A stretch of DNA of 63,878 bases, filler included, from Octopus bimaculoides (GCF_001194135.2; 7 parts of 7 records of this genome joined end to end with filler, not necessarily neighbours in it); one strand, 5' to 3'; positions 1-14,019 are shown, counted from the first letter of the whole stretch. Notes: generated by a model not told the origin, from the letters alone. Numbers and translations are program-made.

Positions 1-61
1 TATATATATATATATATATATGTATGTGTATAGAATAGCATGAAAACTTATATCAACAATC

Positions 62-1110
62 AAAGCGATGTAGAGGAGGACTGGGTCATTGAGAAAATCA
101 AGCACAACCTAAAAGTGTTCTACTTGTTTACCAATAAACAAAGGGACAACTGTTTTGCCCATCATCCCACTGATTGATGATAACAACATTCCACATAACG
201 ATGCCAAAGAAATGGCATAATTTCTGTTGGAACAATACTGCCCTGTCTTCTGAAGGTAGTATAATTGAAAGCAAACCCCAAAATATTATCTCCGGCATAA
301 CTTTCGACATCCAATGTATTAATATAGCGATAAATGAAATTGTACATAATTTTGCGTTAGGTTCCGGTAAAACCTGTGCTAGCGTCCTAATGGTATGCCC
401 ACATCTTCGAAGAAGGTTGGTATACTAAATACTTAGTCTATATGTCCAAGCATTCCTTCTCCTAATCTGTCAGAGAAGCAAGTCTCAAAAGAGAAGCAAG
501 TCACTTGCAGTTAGTTACTTATTGTCTTTGATGTAGCGGAGGCTACTTAACACAGCTCCGACATCATGTGGACGACATCCTAAAAGTTTTATGTTTTGCA
601 GCAATGAAAATCAATACCTGTCACGCCATCTGATTAATTGATTGATTGATTGACTAATTAATTGAAGCGGCATGGCAGGCATTGATTTCTCGGACTGCTT
701 CAAAACACTCAGACACGATTCTGTGCAACGCTATCGTGAATGTTATTTCATTTGCTTAATGTGAAAAAAATACAGTGACAGTATTTCCCAACCGATCTTT
801 TCATCGAGCTTAAAAATCGGCCTAGGCCTGAACTCATATTATTTGCCTTAAATGCAATATACAGTACATAAATACATTGTGACATCACTATTTTGCCTCA
901 ACCAGGTGTGCTTCATTTAACACTGTCCAGAAATAAATCAAGTGAAAAATCAACTATAACCTTCAAGCGGTACCTGAACAGCCTCCTCCGAGGAACTTCA
1001 GATAAAGTACTTGTACCTTCGGTCAAAAACACCTCCGTTCAAGAGTTGGCTATCGTGACATAAAACACGATTGAAATGTGATCTAAAGGAGTTTACTAGG
1101 AGGCGCTATT
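62..1110 (+). mobile_element. Heavily degraded CR1-like LINE remnant with internal deletions
   Basis: Broken-frame peptides KIKHNLKVFYLFTNK, PIIPLIDDNNIPHNDAKEMA*, ITFDIQCINIAINEI and FKRYLNSLLRGTSD resemble the pre-RT and C-terminal segments of CR1-type ORF2. Confidence 0.5.
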
Positions 1111-1532
1111 AAGTTAAACATATATGGGTTTTTCAAAGTTTGCCTCTGTTTATGAGTGTGGGTCTAAATGTGTAGATGTGTGTATGAATGTGAGTGCGTG
1201 GAAGTGTGGAAGTGTGTTTGTGTGTGTGCGTGCGTGCGTGTTTGTAAGTCTGAGCGTTTGTATGTATATTCATTGAAGCCGGACATGCTGAATTATATAA
1301 AATGGCTATAATATACTGACAATGCACATACACACCCACATGTATTTGCATATATGTATAAGAATATATATAGATATTCACGTAAAATGTATAATTATAT
1401 ATGTACACATACATATCAAGGTACGTGTGTGTGTATGCATGCATGCATGTATTCATGTAGATGTAAAGGATGTATACATACATACATATACATACATTTA
1501 TACTAATACCTGTACTTGATCTGTTGTCTATA

Positions 1533-1745
1533 TGACGGAGCGCTGAAAAGTTCCTGGCTTTAAAGGTGTTGCGAAAGGCCTGGCTGGAGGGCCAACCTTT
1601 CGAGTTCTTTACAGAGCTTAGAAAAAAATGAACGACCGCTACAATGTGTGAATTTGAGAAGGAAATATGTTGAATAAAATCATAATTAACGGCTCCTCTT
1701 GTATTTTCTTTACTCTAAAGCATGGAACTACTCAGCACCCCTTCG
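1533..1745 (+). mobile_element. Mariner-derived MITE
   Basis: Imperfect TIRs (TGACGGAGCGCTGAAAAGTTCCTGGCTTTA / TAAAGCATGGAACTACTCAGCACCCCTTCG) flanked by TA at 1531-32 and 1746-47. The interior keeps a mariner C-terminal-like remnant (CVNLRRKYVE*). A second copy is at 53648..53864. Confidence 0.8.
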
Positions 1746-2351
1746 TACATTTTTCAGTAGGTCTGTTTGTATGTATTCTTTATTTCATTTTATTTTAGTG
1801 AAGAAATTTTCCTTATCAATGCTATTGCTTTGCTGTAATTTTATCTTTTCAGACTCTGATAGATTGTCAACGCTCAACCTCATAACAATTCCATGCGGAT
1901 TAGATAAGGAAGTATACATATATATTTATGCATATGCCTACCGAGATTCCTCTTCTTTTATTCTCCTCAGATACCACCTATGATAACTGTCATTTATCTT
2001 CGTATCACATTAACAGACATCCTGGTGTTAGTAACTGAAATAGTCAGGAAAACTGATGTACAGGATATCTGAGTTTATAACGGAGAAGAGTAGCAGTAGA
2101 GACAAAAGAAATTTAATGGTAAATATAAAATGAGATAACAGAATCCATACTGTGAAGCAAAAGATTTTAAAAGGAAAATAGGAATATAATAAGAGTTTCG
2201 ATTAGTTTGCACCAGTCTCTAAGGATTTGTATAGGTTGCCTTTAAGTATGATATCAGTAAAAGTGTTATTCATCACTTGAGCAAGGTAGAAAAATTTAAT
2301 AATTCTTGCTATGAAAAATGGAAAGAAATATTCGTGGCGTGAGCGCCTTAA

Positions 2352-2576
2352 CCCTTTAGCATTCAGATTACTCTGTCAAATATAATTCTTACTTATACAC
2401 ATTGTTTTGAATCAATCATGAATTGTGTCATAGCATTCAGATTTCAATGATATGATTGTTTATTTTTGAATAACGATGTAGGGTAGGTGTGAGAAGCTGG
2501 ATCTGGCCAGTTTGAACAAAAGAAAAACAGATAGAATATTATTGGGCCAGATATGGCCGGTTTGAATACTAAACGG
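2352..2576. mobile_element. piggyBac-type MITE
   Basis: TTAA at 2348-2351 and 2577-2580; TIRs CCCTTTAGCATTCAGA / TTTGAATACTAAACGG. Confidence 0.75.
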
Positions 2577-3403
2577 TTAAGATGTATTTCTGCTCCTGTA
2601 TCCTATCAAGAACGAAAATAGATTTAATATGTAAATACAGTTGCCGGTGTAAGGCCGATAACAGCTAGGGGCAGTCATACATCTTCACAAACACGCTTAG
2701 GCCTGAGTAAATCTTTCTTCTTGAAAATACTAGCTGTTGTTCATGCAAGTCTTACCTCTCCACGCCACCGATATTGCCCATGGGAAAAGCTGGGCCGATA
2801 CAGCTTCACATCAGAGTCGTTGCAAGCATTTCCGTCTGATGCCAATCTACTGCAGGCATAGATCGGTATTTATTTTTACTGATCTCAAGAGCGTAGGAAG
2901 TTGACCTCAGCGGCATCTGAACTCAGAGCACAGAAAATCAGAACAAACCCCAAAAGGGGTTTTATCCAATGCTCTGACAATTCGGCCAAAGCACTAATTT
3001 AAAAGCTGGTGTATTATCTAAACAGCTATTCAAGAATACACAAAATATTAGCCACACTCGCTGGGGAAAATCAGGAAGCCTTTTCGTGGTCGTTTGCTTT
3101 GCTAGAAATAGCAATCAAATCTTCTTGAAAATATATTGCCTAAAAAGCGGAGAAGATGCCTTAAATAATGTAATACAAAGTACACTGTGTCTGAAGTAAA
3201 ATATGGAATGGTCACGGTTGAAACACCTTTAATCATAAGTCAACGGTATAAGAGATCTCCTGGGGTCAAACAACAACAACAACAACGACAATTACTCCGG
3301 CTCGTAAGTTACTTTTATAAAAACAACTCTACATAAGCAACTAGAAGGTGATTAATTGGCAGTTAAACTAAAAACAAATAATTTAAATGTTTACGGAAAA
3401 ATT

Positions 3404-3818
3404 TGTGTGGCTGTGTGGTAAGTGGCTTACTTACCAACCACATGGTTCCAGGTTCAGCCCCACTGCGTGGTATCTTGGGCAAGTGTCTTCTACTATAGCC
3501 TCGGGCTGACCAAAGCCTTGTGAGTGGATTTGGTAGACGGAAACTGAAAGAAGCCCGTCGTATATATGTATGTATATGTATGTGTATGTGTGTGTATATG
3601 CTTGTGTGTCTATGTTTGTTCCCCCCCCCTCAACATCGCTTGACAACCGATGCTGGTGTGTTTACATTCCCGTAACTTAGCGGTTCGGCAAAAGAGACCG
3701 ATAGAATAAGTACTAGGCTTACAAAGAATAAGTCCTAGAGTCGATTTGCTCGACTAAAGGCGGTGCTCCAGCATGGCCACAGTCAAATGACTGAAACAAG
3801 TAAAAGTGTAAAAGAGAG
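3404..3818 (+). mobile_element. Full-length tRNA-derived SINE with CORE-like centre and internal TA/TG microsatellite
   Basis: A-box-like TGGCTGTGTGGTAAG, B-box-like GGTTCAGCCCC, CORE-like TCTTGGGCAAGTG, internal (TA/TG)n at about 3562-3615, and a 3' tail ending GACTGAAACAAGTAAAAG. Homologous minus-strand copies at 13589-13740 and 50489-50820. Confidence 0.85.
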
Positions 3819-5835
3819 TATTCGTGTGATTTTCTTTTGGTTCCATTGTGAAACCATTGTGTTGCGTGTATACCTGTAATGACAAAGGCAGTATACTCTT
3901 GATATTAAACATGTCGAATACAGTACTGAATTGATTCTTAATTACGATTTCTTTGAAGTATTATCGAAGTATTACTGAAAATACTACAGCTTTCAGTTAC
4001 AGAGATGGAAATCGATTCCTTACAACTCAGTTGTTTTAAAAAAACAATATAGTAGGAAGATTAGAAAATTTAACAAAAAAAAAAAAATTATAAAAGTTGC
4101 GCAATATTCTTTACATTAAACTTGTTAGTCTAAGATAACTTGATCTTGACAATTTGTTAGTGCCTCTGCTATATAGATGATAGGTTACTATTTGTTTCCC
4201 ACCAAACTTATTTCCAGATTACGCAAAAACTTTCGTACGGTATTTGAATTTTGAATGGTATTTCAAACTTGTATAGAATTTAACGTTACTCAATATCTGA
4301 ATATTTAACGGGTTACTGAAGAATTATTATGTCTACCTAGGAACCTTTGAAAAAGAAAATACATTTGGCAGACATTTAAATTATATATTTCATGATATGT
4401 GATATAAAGAGCATATCTCAAGTTACTTTGCGGTTAACTAAACATGTATCCAAGAAATTATTCTCTTCACTAAGCATTTAGTTAATTGTTTGTTCCGTCA
4501 GCAGCTAGAAGTTGTTGAAACATGGGTTCATTGCCTGGAGAGGCATCAATTTATCTATAGGAGAATTTATGAACAACCCAAGTCTGCGTGTCTACAAATT
4601 TACTGAAGGTAATTATTTCAGGAGAATGAACCTTGTTAACATTTTTTAAATGTAAATTTCAAGCTATACTTGCTCCATCTATTGAACAAAATATTTAAAT
4701 CTTACATTTCAACAGAATGCAGAATATAAGCCAAATAATTTTAAAACTCATGTCAAGTTGAGTGAAAACTCGTTTAAAATATCAAATCATGCAGCGAAAA
4801 TCACTGCAAAGAAATGTAGAAACTAATTAGAAAATATAAACGTTATACTATTGCCATAAAAATATGGCAGACTTTTGTCAATACTCTTGTATTTGCTTCC
4901 TTAGTTATCTTAAACGTAATACTGACAATCTATTGGGAAAATACCTAAATATTTACAAGAAATGCTTTGTTCAGAATTACTTTATTTCTATTTTGTTGAT
5001 ACATTACAATGAAGCACGATCTTCTAGTATAATGATTTGTATTTTGAGCTGAATAGCTTGTATGGAACCTTACAAACAGTTCGTCTTATGCTCTATATTC
5101 CCGTGAACCTAACGCACATAAAACGATTAAAATATGATAAAAGAGACTCCAATTTAACTTTTGAAACATCGACTAGAATTTTTCAGCGTTGAACTATAAT
5201 TATAGAGGCAATATTTTTACAAATTTTATTTGACGAGGTAAACCCATTTTTTTAATGAATTCGTGTGATTTGTTATCTGTAGAATTAACCCATATTATCT
5301 AGCTTGATATCTGAACTGTCGTGATAAGTTGTCATTTTAAAAATGATATTTTGAAAACTATTTTTGTAGCTGTTTTATCTGGCATACATTCTTATAGAAA
5401 TATCTTCAGAAATATTTTAATGTCATATGTCATTATTATGATGGACTTCGTGTGTGATTAAAAGAAAATTATCTGAATCGATGTCACTAGTATAACTTTA
5501 CTAAATAAAATTCACTATCTTTCACAAAAATAATTAAATGGATTTTTTTATAAACTTCAGGGATTTGTAGAATAAGTATTTTATTTTGGTTTCAGTAATA
5601 TTAAGAAGATGGTAAACAAATTTATCTCAGGAAGGATGTTCATCTGATACTGAGATAACAATTCCAGAATCCCTCACATCTACGTCAGCTAGAATAGATA
5701 AAGGCCTACAAAAAGAACAACCTGCAGTTGGTTTGTACGTACAAACAATTAATTAACTATCTAACTATCTTGCTAATTTGGTTGTACTAAAAAAAAGTAA
5801 CCGTTTTTCTTGTATTTGTTCTTTGAAGTAAAATT

Positions 5836-6048
5836 CGTTTCTAATCTAGACACAAGGCCCGAAATTTTGGGAGGGGGGGCAGTCGATTAGATCGACACTA
5901 GTACGCAACTGGCACTTAATTTATCGATCCCGAAAAGATGAAAGGCAAAGTCGACCTCGGCGGATTTTGAACTCGGAACGTAGCGGCAGACGAAATACCG
6001 CTAAGCATTTCGCCCGGCGTGCTAACGTTTCTGCCAGCTCACCGTCTT
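5836..6048 (-). mobile_element. tRNA-derived SINE (abundant family with GCCTTTCATC...GGGATCGATAAA central domain) with 16-bp TSD
   Basis: A box TGGCAGAAACGTTAG and B box GAGTTCAAAATCC; flanked by TCTTTGAAGTAAAATT at 5820-5835 and 6049-6064. The central domain resembles the MetaSINE domain (recall). Confidence 0.9.
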
Positions 6049-6070
6049 TCTTTGAAGTAAAATTAAAATA

Positions 6071-6634
6071 TGTGGTGCATTCCAGAAGCGTTGAACATTT
6101 TTTGCTTTAAGAAAGGCAATTATAACTGTCCTAGAATATTGTAATTTTAATATATTATTATTAAACATTGAATAAGCTGACCTGCCATCTTTTGTTATTC
6201 CATATTGAGGGAGACAACTGTAACAGTACTTTGAACGTAACCTACTAAATACTGCTTGTCACAGCCTGCTAAACACTGGTTGTCACAATTCCATCCTGGT
6301 AAGAAACTACTTGACAGAGACGGGCGTCAAAACTGTTCCTCACCCTCTCTGCAGTCCAGACATTACTCCCTATGATTTTTGGTTGTTGTCCGATCCGAAG
6401 GAGAACCGCAGGAGCATTCGCTCTGAAGGCATAGAGAAGATGGAGGTTGTGACAAGGATCCTGGACGCCTTTACTTTGCAGGACTTCCATGGGACCTTCA
6501 CAAAGTGGCTGGAGCACTACAAAAAGTGCATTGAAGTCAGAGGATTCTACTTTTAAGATGAGAGTTTTGTTCTTATTTGAAATTAATAAACGTCTCTTCT
6601 GAAAGACTCAAAACTTCTGGAATGCACCTCAACG
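6071..6634 (+). mobile_element. Internally deleted mariner (Tc1/mariner) transposon
   Basis: TIR core GGTGCATTCCAGAAG at 6074-6088 and its reverse complement at 6614-6628, with TA flanks. Transposase C-terminus VKTVPHPLCSPDITPYDFW (YSPDLAP-D motif) through KCIEVRGFYF* at 6311-6556. Confidence 0.9.
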
Positions 6635-8961
6635 TATCATATGGTTCAACAAATAAAAAACACAGATACCCCAAAAAGAGACGCCCAAGAGGAATAATAG
6701 ATGCTCCAAAAGCGGTTCTTAATCTAAGATCTCATATTCAAGAAACTATTTCATAAACACTATTAGATGTACAATTCACTCATATTCGAGATGGCTCAGG
6801 ATGGACTTATAAGTTCTACTGACCCCCACCAAAACTACATGCATCTTTGAGGAGTTCTGGTCGATAGCGGATGCGGTAACAACTGCAACAGGGTTAGTGT
6901 GCAGGGCAGTTGTTACGCATGTTGCAGTGAAACACAAGTAGATAGATTCCCATTTGAGGAACTAATTAGAAGACAGACAGAAAGATAGTAAGAGGAAAAG
7001 TGAGAGAGGGGGAGTGAGTGTGTCGGAGGAGAGGAGGCAGCTGAGCGTACCAGAACAAGCAAAAACAAAAGCGGGCCTTGAAGGTAACTGTTTTAACAGC
7101 AGCGCTAACCGGAGCTCCGAAAACAACGAAACGAGATCGACTTTGGTAGCCAAAGATGTTTAGTACGACCCCATCATCTTTCGAACGGGAAGAAAATTGA
7201 GGTAGGAGAACGATGACAGGCATTTGAAGAGGGTAGCTAATATTGTGAATCCAAAAATTATAATTAAATATAATTACGCCAGTAAAGACGAAACAATAAC
7301 ATTAATTTAATTAATTTTCAAAATCTGGAATTCATAACATGTATGTATGTATGTATGTATGTATGTATGTATGTCTCTTCTAGTTTTTAATTATTATAAA
7401 TCTTCCATTGAGGAGGAAGCCAGTTTTCCGCAAAGATACAAGGCTCCATCTTTGGGATGTACTTAACACAGACAAATTATGTATGTATGTATGTATTGAA
7501 CACTCGAAAGCAATTAATGACTAGAAGTTTCTTACCAACAAAAATTCAGTTGAATATCTGTTGAAAGGCAAACGTCCCAGAATTCCATAATACTTCAATA
7601 TATCACCTTATAGGGAGGTAGCAATCTCACTTGGATGATAAGCAGAAATGTGGCGAGTAAATATATTTCAATAACACTGTTATACGTTTCCATAATTGTT
7701 GTTATTGTTATTTTTAATCATTTACATAGAACACTGTGTGTTTGGAAGTTAACAGTAAGAAAACATAAAAACTGTTTTCCTAGTGGAGATAATGGTAATT
7801 AGCCTAAACAGCTGCAGGTTTCTGTGGCAGACACACTTTGAAATGTTTGCTTAATTTACGTGGCTTTGCAATAGAAAAAGCTTGTCTAAGTCTTTCAAAT
7901 CTTAATTTAAAGCAAAAATAGAATTAGATTACATATTCAAATTAGTTTTCATTCATTCTTAATCACAGATACAGATGTAAAATATTATTTTCGTGTTTAG
8001 AATATGTATGTATGTACATTGTACATGCATCTGTCTATCTATGCATGTGTGTATATATATATATATATATATATNNNNNNNNNNNNNNNNNNNNNNNNNN
8101 NNNNNNNNNNNNNNNNNNNNNNNNNNNNNNNNNNNNNNNNNNNNNNNNNNNNNNNNNNNNNNNNNNNNNNNNNNNNNNNNNNNNNNNNNNNNNNNNNNNN
8201 NNNNNNNNNNNNNNNNNNNNNNNNNNNNNNNNNNNNNNNNNNNNNNNNNNNNNNNNNNNNNNNNNNNNNNNNNNNNNNNNNNNNNNNNNNNNNNNNNNNN
8301 NNNNNNNNNNNNNNNNNNNNNNNNNNNNNNNNNNNNNNNNNNNNNNNNNNNNNNNNNNNNNNNNNNNNNNNNNNNNNNNNNNNNNNNNNNNNNNNNNNNN
8401 NNNNNNNNNNNNNNNNNNNNNNNNNNNNNNNNNNNNNNNNNNNNNNNNNNNNNNNNNNNNNNNNNNNNNNNNNNNNNNNNNNNNNNNNNNNNNNNNNNNN
8501 NNNNNNNNNNNNNNNNNNNNNNNNNNNNNNNNNNNNNNNNNNNNNNNNNNNNNNNNNNNNNNNNNNNNNNNNNNNNNNNNNNNNNNNNNNNNNNNNNNNN
8601 NNNNNNNNNNNNNNNNNNNNNNNNNNNNNNNNNNNNNNNNNNNNNNNNNNNNNNNNNNNNNNNNNNNNNNNNNNNNNNNNNNNNNNNNNNNNNNNNNNNN
8701 NNNNNNNNNNNNNNNNNNNNNNNNNNNNNNNNNNNNNNNNNNNNNNNNNNNNNNNNNNNNNNNNNNNNNNNNNNNNNNNNNNNNNNNNNNNNNNNNNNNN
8801 NNNNNNNNNNNNNNNNNNNNNNNNNNNNNNNNNNNNNNNNNNNNNNNNNNNNNNNNNNNNNNNNNNNNNNNNNNNNNNNNNNNNNNNNNNNNNNNNNNNN
8901 NNNNNNNNNNNNNNNNNNNNNNNNNNNNNNNNNNNNNNNNNNNNNNNNNNNNNNNNNNNNN

Positions 8962-9000
<39 letters not shown>

Positions 9001-9433
9001 GTGTGTGTGTGTGTGTGCGTGTAACTATATTCTTTTTATATTCTTGTTTTCTCGTCTAGACTTCAAATACTGGATAAAACCAGCCAGCATTCATTACAAT
9101 GCTGCTCTTTCATAATTATCAAAGCTGGAATGGAAAAATAAATAACGTATAGAGATTATGGAAATACTGATATCTTTTTAATGTATAAAAAGAAAAAGAA
9201 CCCTATTTTTCAGTTTGAGAAAAGATTACAAAAATACCTTGAAACAGTTTACTCCTCCTCCTTCCCCTCCTCCTCCACTTCCTCCTCCTTCTTCTTCTTC
9301 TTCTTCTTCTTTGAGTTAATGTTACGAAAAACTGATTAAAGAATAATGACACATTTTAGAAAAATAGATATTCTATAATGAAACTGTTTTTGTTAGTAAT
9401 TCATAGCAACATGCAATAATGATTTCAAATTTT

Positions 9434-9610
9434 GGCACAAGGCCAGCAATTTGGGAACCGAAGATAAGTCGATTACATCGACCCCAGTGTTGAACTGGTG
9501 CTCATTTTATCGATCCCGAAAGGATGAAAGGCAAAATCGACCCTGGTGGAAAGTGAACTCGGAACGTGAAGACGGACGAAATACAGTAAAGCATTTTGGC
9601 CCGCATGTTA
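9434..9610 (-). mobile_element. tRNA-derived SINE copy
   Basis: Homologous to the 5836-6048 family (ATCGATCCCGAAAGGATGAAAGGC, GAACTCGGAACG). Confidence 0.8.
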
Positions 9611-11225
9611 TAGTAACATGTAATAATGATCTTTTACGTCTATTACTTTATGTAATTTTTACCACTTTCAACAACAGTTCAGCCTTTTTCGTTTCTTTCT
9701 GACATTACTGATGCATTTAAAATCAGATAGGCTGAAACTTTTTGAAGCTAAATAAATGCGGGTTAGAAAAGAAGCTTCAATTTTTGTGACTTTCTCATGA
9801 AAAAAGGACTTTTAACTCGTCTTCTCACATCGATTGATATACGTTAAACCTGTGAAAATTTGAAGAACGTCGTTATGAAAGTACAACCGAGTTTAGTTGT
9901 TTTTACCTGTAAAACAAATATTTCTTGTATGACTAGGGAATCGTTTTAGAATACCGAATCATAACACATCATTTGAGAATGGGTTATGAATACTCACCCT
10001 GAAATACTTGAAAATATAAATATTAATTCGTGCCATGAAATACTTGAAAATAAAGTCGATTAGAAAATAGGAAATCTTATACGTATGCTTCAAATTCTAT
10101 GATTAAAGTTTTTTTTTTTTTCTCTAATGGTTTAAACAAAGGAAGTACAGCTGTGCCTATGACCCTGTTCAAAGGCTTCTGTCAAGTTGGAAAGGAAAGG
10201 AGGTAGATTCCACTAAACGCACCCAAGGACACCCAGTGCTCAGTTCAGCATGGTTTCATATTATCGCCCTTTGATCACAGTTCATGTGTTTACCTCACTA
10301 AGCGTTCACTTTCTTAAGGAAGAAGCAGATCTCTGCCACTGAATTTTACCTTTTGTTTATAACCATTGGTGATAATTATGATTATAGTTTTAGCTGCAAA
10401 TTATTTTGACGCTAACATTTTGTTATGTTAAATCGATTATAACTATATTAGTACTGATAAATAACTAAATGAAGTTAAAGAACTGTATATCAATTATCAT
10501 TCGTTTGCAAGAAACCGCCCAACACTGAGACTGCTGAAATTCATGAATGTCTCGGTTATAATTTTATTTCTGGAAATTTAAATAGAGTCTTTTTACGACA
10601 TTATGAAATCATTATATATACTTGGTTTACCTTCAATTTGAATATCATTTGTATTAATCAGATAGTAGCATCTTCAATACTATTAATGTATTCATTCGTT
10701 TACTTCCATATTTTCAACACCATTTGAATGGTATTTCACAAATTTCCAAATTTTACTCTATTGAGTTTATTTACTTTTCTTTTTTTTTTTTTGTATAGCT
10801 CACTAGTCACTATAACCCATTTTATATTCATTTAAAAGATCCTTGATCAAAAGCACTAAGTATTATTATAAATATAAATATTATTAAGAGAAAGTCTCAA
10901 CTTGTTTTGGAATATATTGCCAAGATAAGGCGATGAGCTGGCAGAATCGTTAGCTCGCCGGGAAGTTAAACGAAGTTTGACTACAACTAACAAAGCAAAG
11001 ATTGTAGTCACTTCGGTATTAGTTTCACCTTGATAACTTGAGATATACGCCCTACCTTAATTCCATAAGATTAGATGTTTTTAAAATTATATAACTACTT
11101 CGGGTCAGTATACTGAATTCAAGCCATTTTTATTCAAATTTATTAATTTTCATGAAATGTATAAACGATTAAAACAGACCTCCTTCTATAAATAAATCTC
11201 TTCTGATAATACGGTAAAATTTAAG

Positions 11226-11634
11226 CACATGGCCAGCAATTTTGGAATGAGGGAGTTACATCAACCCAGTACTTGACTGGTGTTGTATTTTTTTAATCCT
11301 GGAAGGAAGAAAGGAGAAAATTGTCCTCGGTGGGATTTGAACGTAAAGAATCGGAAGAAACAATTCTGTCCGTTCATCGTCTTTCGAGAAACGATTCTGT
11401 CCATTCATGACAGTATATTGGATTCAAATTTTAGCACAAGAGCAGCAATTTCGGAAGAGAGGGTAAGTCGATTACACCGATCCCTGCGCTTCACTAGTAC
11501 TAATTTTATCAACTGTCAAAGGATGAAAGGTAATGTCAACCTCGGTTGAATTTGAACTGAGAATGTAAAGGCAGACGAAATGCCTCTAAGCATTTTGCCC
11601 GTCGTGCTAACGCTTCTGCCAGTTCGCCGCCTTC
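11226..11634 (-). mobile_element. Two tandem tRNA-derived SINE copies
   Basis: Two head-to-tail homologues (about 11226-11400 and 11430-11634); the second has an intact head AAGGCGGCGAACTGGCAGAAGCGTTAG. Confidence 0.75.
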
Positions 11635-11960
11635 ATGGCGGTATATTAATAAAAACATTTGTATGTCAATCGAGACTGTTTTATCAAATAGGTTCATCCC
11701 TACGTTATTGAATATAACAATTATGAATGCGAGGCAACCATAAACATATTTTAGGATCAAGAAAGAAATTTCATTTTATATGGGATTTCAAGTTATGGTG
11801 ATTAACTGCTAGAATGGTTATAAAATATCTTTCGGCGTTTGTTCTCGCTCTTTGCATTATGAATTCAAATCCGAACAAGGTTAACTTTTCATTTCCTTCT
11901 TCCGGTGTCGATAAAGTAAAATCATACTTTATGATATCGACTGCGGAAATACTGGGTCGC

Positions 11961-12056
<96 letters not shown>

Positions 12057-12066
12057 AATGATGATG

Positions 12067-12133
<67 letters not shown>

Positions 12134-12134
12134 T
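11961..12134. repeat. Compound trinucleotide microsatellite (AAT)n(GAT)n(AAT)n
   Basis: Directly visible. Confidence 0.98.
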
Positions 12135-13588
12135 AACTTAGTGCTTGGATATTTAATATTGACTAACAGAAATATATGGTGAGAAAGGAGCAATATTAAT
12201 CATTGACCAAACTTTATTCCCCTTCATTCATTCCTTTCTTTGACACAATTCTTCTCCAATCATGTAATCAAAATATAATTTATTCTTACGTAAGACTTTC
12301 AGATTTTACGCCATTTTACACGTAGTAGACTATTGCTATTTAGGCACTATAATACAACATACCGTGATGAAAATGAAAACAGGAAACATGTTACAGGCCA
12401 CACATTATTTTCTGTTTCATTTATAAACATGGTGTCTATAACTACATATGTTTGTGTTTATAAGGTAATTCGGATAATGCTATATCCAAAGAAATATGAA
12501 AGTTTTACAGCTACTTCTTCAGATGATGAAGATATAAACCCGGTCTCATCACATGCAGACAAACTTCGAGCTATGATGTACTGGTTCTTCGTTACGCTGG
12601 CAACACCTCCTACTTCCTTCACCGTCAGTTATCATTTAAATAACCGAGGCGTTTTTATTTTTTGTTGCTCTTCCTCATCCTTGTTAGGTAAAGCGGCGCC
12701 CTATGAATATAATGTAGTGTCTTATGTAAACAATACAGCACTTGGGGAACACACCCTACCTAGCATACGGTGCTGCAATTATAATTAGAGGAAGGTTCAG
12801 AAGGTAGGTGAAGAGATTTGCCGGAACATATTCAAAAACTCAGCGCGCACACATATCTGTTAACCTATCTCTCTCACTCACACTCCCCTCTCTATCTCCC
12901 TTCACTCATTCACTCTTGCTTCACACTCTCTTATTCTCTTCACATATATAATGTCTACCTGTCTCCCAACATACCTATCTGCCTATGTATCTATCTAGCT
13001 AGCTAGCCAGGTAGCAAGCTATCTGTCTGTCTGTCTATCTATATATCTACCTATCTATCTATCTATCTATCTATCTATTCATCTATCTATCCCCCTATTT
13101 GTCTGTCTATCTATCTATCTAACTGTCTATCTGTCGATCTGTCTATTCACCTATCGATACACACACACATATATATATATATATATATCCATACACACAC
13201 TGACACACATACACACACATACGCACACATACACACACATACATACATACACGCACATCGGATAAGTTAGACGTGTCCTACTTCCATGATATTTCAAGTA
13301 GTTTAGAGCAACATCGATGTTTGAGCGTTCGTGTGTGTGTTGCGTGCGTGCATGAATGAATAGATATATATGTATGCATGCATGTAAATATGAATGCACA
13401 TGCACCATCATAAGCTTAGTGAGGTAAGGGAAGACAAGTCGGTACAGAGTAAGATGGCGCTTTAAATATCTGTACATGTGACAAATAGTTACGTATGCTG
13501 AAATATTAGAAGAGGCGTTTTGGTTAAAACTGTCAACAATGACGGTTGTAATCCACGAGAGAGTAAATATATATATATATATATATAT

Positions 13589-13740
13589 TCTTTTATTATT
13601 TTACTTGTTCCAGTCATTTGACTGTGGTCATGTAGGAACAACGCTTTTAGTCGAACAAATCGACCCCAGGACTTATTCTTTGTAAGCCTAGTCTCTTTTG
13701 CCGAACTACTAAGTTACGGGGACAAACATAGGCACACACA
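13589..13740 (-). mobile_element. 3' half of CORE-like SINE
   Basis: Reverse complement of the 3650-3818 tail of the SINE at 3404. Confidence 0.8.
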
Positions 13741-14007
13741 CACAAATATGTACATACCGAAATTGCAAAGATAATCTGGAACTCGACTGAGAATAGAAAA
13801 CTCCGAATGACCCGTCCTTGTTTTCCTTGTATCGTCTGTCTGGATGTTTTGCGTTCTTGTCCCATTTTTGTATTTTTTATATATATATAAATATATAGCG
13901 GCGTACGTACACTTTGGTCTCTTACATATATATACATACATATATATATACATACATACATATNNNNNNNNNNNNNNNNNNNNNNNNNNNNNNNNNNNNN
14001 NNNNNNN

Positions 14008-14019
14008 TTAATTAATTAA
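14008..14019. other. Assembly spacer TTAATTAATTAA inside a fixed 100-bp gap (six occurrences)
   Basis: N44-TTAATTAATTAA-N44 at 14008, 44930, 50973, 54678, 57725 and 60044. Confidence 0.95.

Noticed and set aside
4864-5052. LLIHYNEARSSS vaguely like the hAT transposase HTEVRWLS motif
   Set aside because: A single weak motif with no TIRs or further similarity recognised.
5990-6048. tRNA-like A/B boxes
   Set aside because: These are SINE heads: no cloverleaf or anticodon arm, and they continue into SINE bodies. No genuine tRNA gene was found.
7993-9115. Long ORFs spanning N runs (also 34772-36053, 38036-38518, 45467-46292, 49665-50327, 56219-57232, 58775-59439)
   Set aside because: They are open only because N codons contain no stops.
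11771-12193. Poly-L/S/N/D, poly-H, poly-R/E, (HT)n, (CV)n and (YI)n ORFs throughout
   Set aside because: Translations of di- and trinucleotide microsatellites; no domain content or splice support.
14008-14019. TTAATTAATTAA repeated six times across the window, resembling a regularly spaced motif
   Set aside because: It is always centred in exactly 44 N + 12 + 44 N = 100 bp, so it is an assembly gap spacer with stops in all frames and not biological.
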